Assembly: GCA_030141605.1 (NCBI GenBank)
Contig: JAQGDQ010000209.1
Location: forward strand, 186,001-250,000
Source: Tubiluchus corallicola
Lineage: Eukaryota; Animalia; Priapulida
DNA length: 64,000 bases
Reading direction: 5' to 3'
The translations under genes were made by a program, and so were the position numbers. How positions within the stretch are numbered: position 1 is the first letter of the stretch; every line of letters begins with the position of its first letter. Shown in pieces: positions 57,801-64,000 of the stretch. The notes under the pieces were generated by a model that was not told where the DNA came from, did no database searches, and was given only the letters and a program-made list of their open reading frames with translations.

Positions 57801-60800
57801 ACACACGTGATTCAACGTAAGTTTTCATGAAGAGGACCCAGGTGTGAAAACAACTAATCAATCATCCAATCAAGAGCCTGCAGACCTGAGCGTGTGATTC
57901 AGTATATTGCCTATTAAGATCTATGCTTCTGATCCGCCCGTGCTAACAAGACAATAAACCAATCAGCAGTGTGTAGGCAGGTCATGTCACCTGTTCAGAG
58001 TAGTATTTAAGAAGGGCAGATCCAGAGGCAAGACACATTCGCTGCTGATGAGGTCTGCTACCAGAAGGCTTGTTAACAAACTCTGCTAATACAAGAGTTG
58101 CTAACAAGCACTGTTATCACAAGAGCTGCTAATTATAAGCCCTAAATCATAATAAAGCAATTAAATAAATAATCCAATGTTACAAAATTGTCCATCAAAG
58201 CCAACATTCCTCCAATATCAGTTTTTCTGCTATTAACTTCTAATTTGTGCCGAAGTGTGCCTTAGGCTTAACAGACAGATGAACCCAAGCCGTTGGTACA
58301 AAATTTCATCGTCTGCACACCTTTCTGTTACGTGAACTCCTAGCCGCATTACACTACATTACTTAAGCTGCTTTGAGGCATGCAATGTTATTGTGTTGCT
58401 CTGGTGCATAGTCTTGGCACACGTATGTACTAATTGTGCTAAACAACTCATAAGTTCTCAGAAAATGGCAACATTGTTTTTCTAAATCACCCACAATGCT
58501 ACTACATATTGAAGTGTTCTTAGGATGAATATGATGAATTAGCAAAAATACCTACTGGTCATTGAGTCTAAGATGGTTTCAGAAAGTCTATTTTTTAAAC
58601 TAACCTAGATAGTCCATTCAAATAAAACCATATAGACTTCTGATGACTGTGAATCAAAATAAGAGCAGCTGTCACTAAAAATGCAATAATTTCGTCTTCT
58701 GTCAAGCTTTTGTAGCCCATCTTTGCAGGATATTGAGAATGGCATACAGGTAAAAAGTGCTTACTATAAGAAGAAAAAGTGATTTTAATTTCACATTGTT
58801 TCGAGCTGTCGAGCCATTTCGTCAGTCACATGAGTTGTGTAATCAGCTTTTACATAATTCCTTCTTACAGTTGTATGCGACTTCTAAACTGAACTCTTAT
58901 AAGCCTTTGGCCGTTTTTGTAGTTATTTTTTCTATTCTTATGAGAACATTTCTATTGTTGTGTGTCGAAAGTTGTAAGGATATGTTTCCAGTCTTGTTTA
59001 TTCATTTGAAACTCATTTTACAATAATTCATTTAAAAATAGCTACACAAATGCGTGGAATAAATGACATTAGTCTTCTCTGTTGTCTAGAGTATGGAGAC
59101 ACAATTGAAGATTCATAAACAATTGAGTTCTTTGCTGGGTGGAGGAAAACGACCAGTATGTATTGCTTATGTTCATTGTTGTTGCTGATCATAATGCTTT
59201 ATGCTATGTACATGTGTAGTTGCATACTGGAAAACAAATTATTAATTGAGATATGCAGTGGGTATCAAGAACAGGTTAACCTTACTTATTACTTGAGGGG
59301 TCAGATTAGTAATGTAAGAAAAAGGCAAAGTCATCCTCCTGTGATCTTAATATGATTTTAAAAACCTACTTAAATTAGTAATGTTCAAAGACCTCGACGT
59401 TTTCAAGCATTTTACAGTTTTTTTTTGTAAATATGTATGGCAATAAATGAAATTCAAGTTTAAAACTGCATAGCAGTCAGCCGAATTTACGTTGCAAAAT
59501 GCTATGCTATAAGAGTAAAATTTTCACTGTGCAAAAGTCAGAATCCAAAATGATAAAGTTTCACAAAAGAAATGGGTGGCTGTTATGAATAGCAGGAAAG
59601 CATAGTACTTTGTACTATGACAAGTTTTTCGTGAAATACTCTGTATAAATTAGCTGAAACAGCTTAGTTTATTTTAGTTTATTCCAAAATGCCATAAATA
59701 TTACATTGTTACATACATTACTATTAAGATATTGCTACTACAAAACCGAACTAAATTTAAAGTTTCACCAGATATTGAGATATCAGCACAGGCTAAAAAA
59801 TAGACTTGTACAGGCCTGAGCAAAAGGCAAAATAGAAAGCAGTAGGTGTGAAATAAAATAAGCAATAAGAATGAAATAACAGAGTGATGGCAAGGGTAGT
59901 GACAATGACAAGTGAGTGAGGTGATGATGACAGTGAAGATTAGATTCACATTAGCAAGTAGGCCTAAAGAGAAGCAAATCAATTAGCTGAGTAACTGCAA
60001 AAGTCAGTTAGGAGTTATAGGAAATATCTCCTATGAAAATACCAGAAGACTGATGGTTCATATTTTTATTCAGTATCCTGCAGATTTTAACTCTATCGAG
60101 ATCTCTTTCTAGTTCCCTTCTGAATCATGGTATATGCGCATACCTTTGGTATGTAGCCATGTGCATACATTTAGTACATATACATTTTGTGTGTATTAAA
60201 GTTATCTTGCATTAAGTAAACCGTTACTAACAGAATATAGCAATGACTAATTGTGGTTAATAAATCATAGGCAAGTAGAGGTCCACTTGGAGGACTGATA
60301 CCAGCTGTAGATAAGCTTGATCAAGCTATTGATGCAGTGGTTACCGCTATCAAACAAAGCGGTTTCGAACCTGGTAATGATATGTTCCTGGGACTTGCGT
60401 TACACGGAGATGAAACTTTTGATCAGGTTAGTTCTGCTTTGCAAGAAATTTACAGATGTATGTGTCACCACTTTTATGTTACAGTGTAACAGGAATGCTT
60501 ATCAACACATTGTATGTGTAACTTTATTGAGCAAATAAAATCTGTAGTAGTAGTAGTAGCCTGTATCAGTGTTAAAAAAAGTTAAGTTACCTTTCCCAGT
60601 ACTTTCTGTGCTTTTACCTTTCATGCACATCTACTTGATCAGCAGTGTTTAGACAATGGAAGTTCTAAATACATTTGCGTATGCTCCATGAATTGCATTA
60701 CTCTTCATCCAAAAATACTTTCACGTGGTGACCATTGATTGAGCTAAACACTGTTCTTAGACTTAACAACTGATTAAAATGCAACAGCATTTTTAATGAA

Positions 60801-63800
60801 ATAGCAATGTAGCAAAATTGTCAAACATGGTTATTAATGAAACTATTAATAGCCTATTTGGCTAACTAAGCTAACATTACTATAGCTAAGGTTTTATGAG
60901 TTTATAAATTATCAGATTTCATACATGGGGTACCGAAAGCTTGCTATATTCTTTGCATTTCCGAGAACTCCATTCTGTATGATTATTTAATTTTTGTGCG
61001 TGCTCTAGTCACTTTGTATGCTGTTATTTCATCTATGTATTTGCTTTCGTCAGTTTTTTAGCTTAGACTCATTTTAGTTTGCTCATATATAAAATTTTTA
61101 CTTAAATAACATATTTAAGTTTATCTATATATATATAGATAATATATATATATATATCTTTGTTTCAGAAGCAGCAAAAATACAGTATATCTTCTAACTT
61201 AAAGCGACCAAAGGAATCCATGTATGTCTTCTACGTAGAATTGTTAAATAAGCATCCTTATGTTAAGCTTCTTGTCAACCCATTTTGTACAGAGGTAAGT
61301 CAAGAGACGTCAACCATGATAATGAGACATTTAAATCTAGTAAGATTAAGGTGTTTATTGATTGGCATTGCCACTTATTTAACTGGCTTTTTCGTGTTTC
61401 ATAAGTTTTTCATTGTTTTTGTTTGACTGTTTTATGGTTATATGTTTATGTTTTTATGTTTTTGACTGTGATAGGAGAACCAAATTTAGTTTATCATTAA
61501 CAAAATCTTCTGAAGTTTGTAAATGAAATCAGTACAAGCATCTGAGATGTACTAGGTGTGTACAGATAGAGGATGAGTGTGACAGATCGAACCAGCCAAA
61601 GCCAATTTTTTCCAGCAATTGCCCAGCCATTTAGTAGCCATACTCATACTTTACAGCTTAGCAAAACCATATCCATTTGGCTGTATCTCTTGAATTGATA
61701 CTAAATTTGAAACTCTTTTCAGCTAGTAGACGAAAAGCTGAAGAGTTTCACAGTGAAAAAAATTTCAGTCTAAATTACAGGATGAAGAAAACTGGCAGAA
61801 ACTGAGAGAATCGCTCGGATCCGAGTGTGGATTGGCTAGCAGAAAAATTCCTTTCAATGCCTCATGTCACACAGCTGCTTTTATAAAATTTAAATCTTCG
61901 TATAGTGTTACAGATGTCATGAAAGAAGCCAAGTTGCTGCATGGTATGTGAAGTGCTATGCTTTTGTTACTGTTTTGCATTTGAATGCCTTGAAAATAAA
62001 AGAAAACATGGTAATATACTAACAGTTAGTGGTGATCATTGTCTCAAGGAGCTAAGTTGATTAGTATTCATTAGGCAGACAGGCAAGTTAAGGCAAGTAT
62101 GCCTAAGTTGATCAATGTTCATTAGGCAAACAAGCAAGTTGAAGCAAGCATGCCTAGGTTGATTACGTTCATTAGGCATACAGTCAAGTTAAGGTAAGTA
62201 TGCTAGGTTGATCAATGTCCATTAGGCAAGTTACAGCATCATTGCAAATTCTTTTATTATAATTCGCAATGAAACAAAAGTATATCTCTTGTAACAATAT
62301 AAAGATACCAAACATACATTTTTGAATTCTCCATAATGGTGGTAAGAGCATACATAGGCTAGAGTAGATGTGATTATTAGGGCGTACATAAACATCAGTT
62401 GAATTATCAGTTTGTCAACTTATTTGTGAAGTGAAGCATTTCATAGCTACATGGCTGGCATAAATTGTTTTAAAAAGTGCTTACATTTGAAAAGCAACAT
62501 GTTTTCTACCAAGTATCCATGCATTGAGATTTTATCACCAATTATTCTTTACAGAAAGTGCATGTATTGTGATACTAGAGGCAACTGGAAACACAATAAC
62601 AGACTTTGCAGCTGATTTTGTAAGTATATTACTATTTGTTGAAAAGCTATTTATTGGTAATGGTGATATTGGAAATATGTGAACTGAAAATTTCGTTACA
62701 TTTGTGCAATCAAATGCAAAAGGTTGGGTACAGTTGTCCTACACAACGCTTCAACTACTGTTTAGCAACTAGTTCTGCACCATGCCCTGTAGTCAGTGCT
62801 TTTTGTTCAAATGCAGCAATAAGTGTGAAAACTCATTATTTCTTAGGATCAAGAATTGACATGGGATTTAGCTTGTATGTAGGATACTGCAAATACAGAT
62901 TAGTCCCTTATAAGTCTTTTGTCATTGAAGTTTGCATTTTTTTACTAATAGTCACAATTCTGTTACTCTTTGGCACTTAGTTCAGTTTAGTTTATTCATT
63001 CATTTCACTTGGCAAAAGACAACTATTTTTAAAGTTATCATGTCTATGGACATTCTGGAGAATTCACTTGGTATCAAGACTGGCTTATAAAACCTATAGT
63101 TGAACAATTCTCCCTGTAATTAACTCAACTTCTGTAAAAATTTTCAATTGTAATGATTGAAATTAATATCAATAAAATTATCACTAAAAATTATATTTCA
63201 TGTAGTGATGTGTCGTGCTTGCCACTGGACAAATTGTTTTATATACGTGTAGTGATTTTACTAAATTAGATTGCTGTAGAAAATGTTGAATTTTGCAATA
63301 AACTATAAATATATAAATATTTATATGATTATTATTAATTTTTAAGTAAAATTTTATATATATATGTATGCATATCTCAATTTTATGTGGACAACGCTAA
63401 ACACAATGTCAGGCTAAACTTAAGCACAAGTGTTTAGCATAAAGTAATTCACAGCATTGTAACTATAATGCATTGATGCAAATGATGACGAGGCTTGATT
63501 TTTCTAAAAAGTAATATTTTCATACTTAGTTTTCAATCTTATTTTATCGCGTAACTGAATTCCTTCATTTCATTATTTTGTTTTACAGGCCATTGGTGTT
63601 GGCGCAAGTATGGTGTACTTGCCAGGTCCATCTAGTGCTATGATTACTGATATCGTGAATCAGCTTATACACATTGAGAGACGTTTAACTGATACCTACA
63701 ATGTCTGTCCAGCGTCAAAAGCAAAATCTTTGCAGATGTTTCATCAACTTCCAAAAATTACTGCTGACAATGTCGTTATCCAAAAAGATAAAGAAGATCA

Positions 63801-64000
63801 TGGCAGTGCTCAGGCTCTAGGAGATTTTGATGCTGGTATTAGTCATGAAAATGTTCATGATAATGCTGAAGATACTGGCAAGGAAAATGATCTTAAAGGT
63901 CCTGCTGAAGACAGTGAAGATATTCCAAGTGACAGTGCAAATATTCAAAAGCATTCCAATGAAAATACTGATGTTCAAGATGTGGCTGTTAGTGGCCTGG
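51874..64000 (+). CDS. ENO4: Enolase-4 (diverged enolase), 3' end incomplete in this window
   Basis: Exons 51874-52023, ~52810-52950, 53586-53725, 54341-54475, 56342-56456, 57564-57689, 59090-59155, 60271-60426, 61169-61294, 61781-61943, 62555-62619 and 63589->64000. The N-terminus KAIEYY..EPSDIYGYL, plus LIGMDPLDQPSID, PLFRHI, MPLPVMAVL, YVELLNKHP..LVNPF..DEENW and ADFAIGVGA, match recalled ENO4 features. The exon 2 acceptor is uncertain. Confidence 0.85.
53963..54295 (+). mobile_element. Helentron/HINE (DINE-like) non-autonomous repeat
   Basis: T-rich start and short hairpin, then a (TCTG)n microsatellite typical of HINE/DINE elements. Confidence 0.45.
54670..55157. mobile_element. hAT-type MITE with 8-bp target-site duplication
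   Basis: Imperfect termini CAGGAGCGTAGC and GCTATGCCGCTG; flanks TTCTAGGC and CTCTAGGC (7/8 identical). Confidence 0.7.
56615..57105. mobile_element. hAT-like MITE with perfect 12-bp TIR and 6-bp target-site duplication
   Basis: TGGTTG|CAGACCTGCCAA ... TTGGCAGGTCTG|TGGTTG. Confidence 0.85.
57796..58184 (+). mobile_element. LTR-like sequence, possibly a solo LTR
   Basis: TGTAA...TTACA termini with CCAAT boxes, TATTTAA and AATAAA in LTR order; no target-site duplication found. Confidence 0.5.
62053..62232 (+). repeat. ~50-bp tandem repeat, ~3.5 units
   Basis: ctaagttga..ttcattaggca..caagttaaggcaagtatgc units start at 62053, 62103, 62154 and 62203. Confidence 0.85.

Noticed and set aside
58040-58085. 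CTGATGA as a hammerhead ribozyme core (also at 51095, 52489 and a variant near 1630-1650)
   Set aside because: No correctly placed GAAA with a pairing stem II, so no full hammerhead fold.

Overview
This is AT-rich, intron-rich genomic DNA from an animal, probably an invertebrate (inferred from gene and transposon content; species not determinable). I assembled six protein-coding genes by hand from GT-AG splice sites and reading frame. (1) Minus strand: a 2-exon secreted mucin-like protein with about 35 N-glycosylation repeats and a very basic C-terminal tail. (2) Minus strand: a 13-exon, ~1233-aa astacin-EGF-CUB-TSP1 protein whose zinc motif has lost the catalytic Glu (HLVNHALGIWH) and which carries two large Thr-rich mucin inserts. 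(3) Minus strand: a four-transmembrane MS4A/CD20-like gene with an internally deleted partial copy upstream. (4) Minus strand: a TSPAN3-like tetraspanin, head-to-head with (5) mitochondrial ATP synthase alpha on the plus strand (11 exons, 553 aa). (6) Plus strand: a highly diverged enolase-4 that runs off the window. Introns and intergenic DNA contain LINE and piggyBac remnants, solo LTRs, several MITEs, a tRNA-derived SINE, and mini- and microsatellites. The most unusual signal is the probable pseudo-protease astacin and its mucin-like neighbour, which may form a secreted matrix or adhesive module (inference). All family assignments come from motif recognition; no database searches were run.
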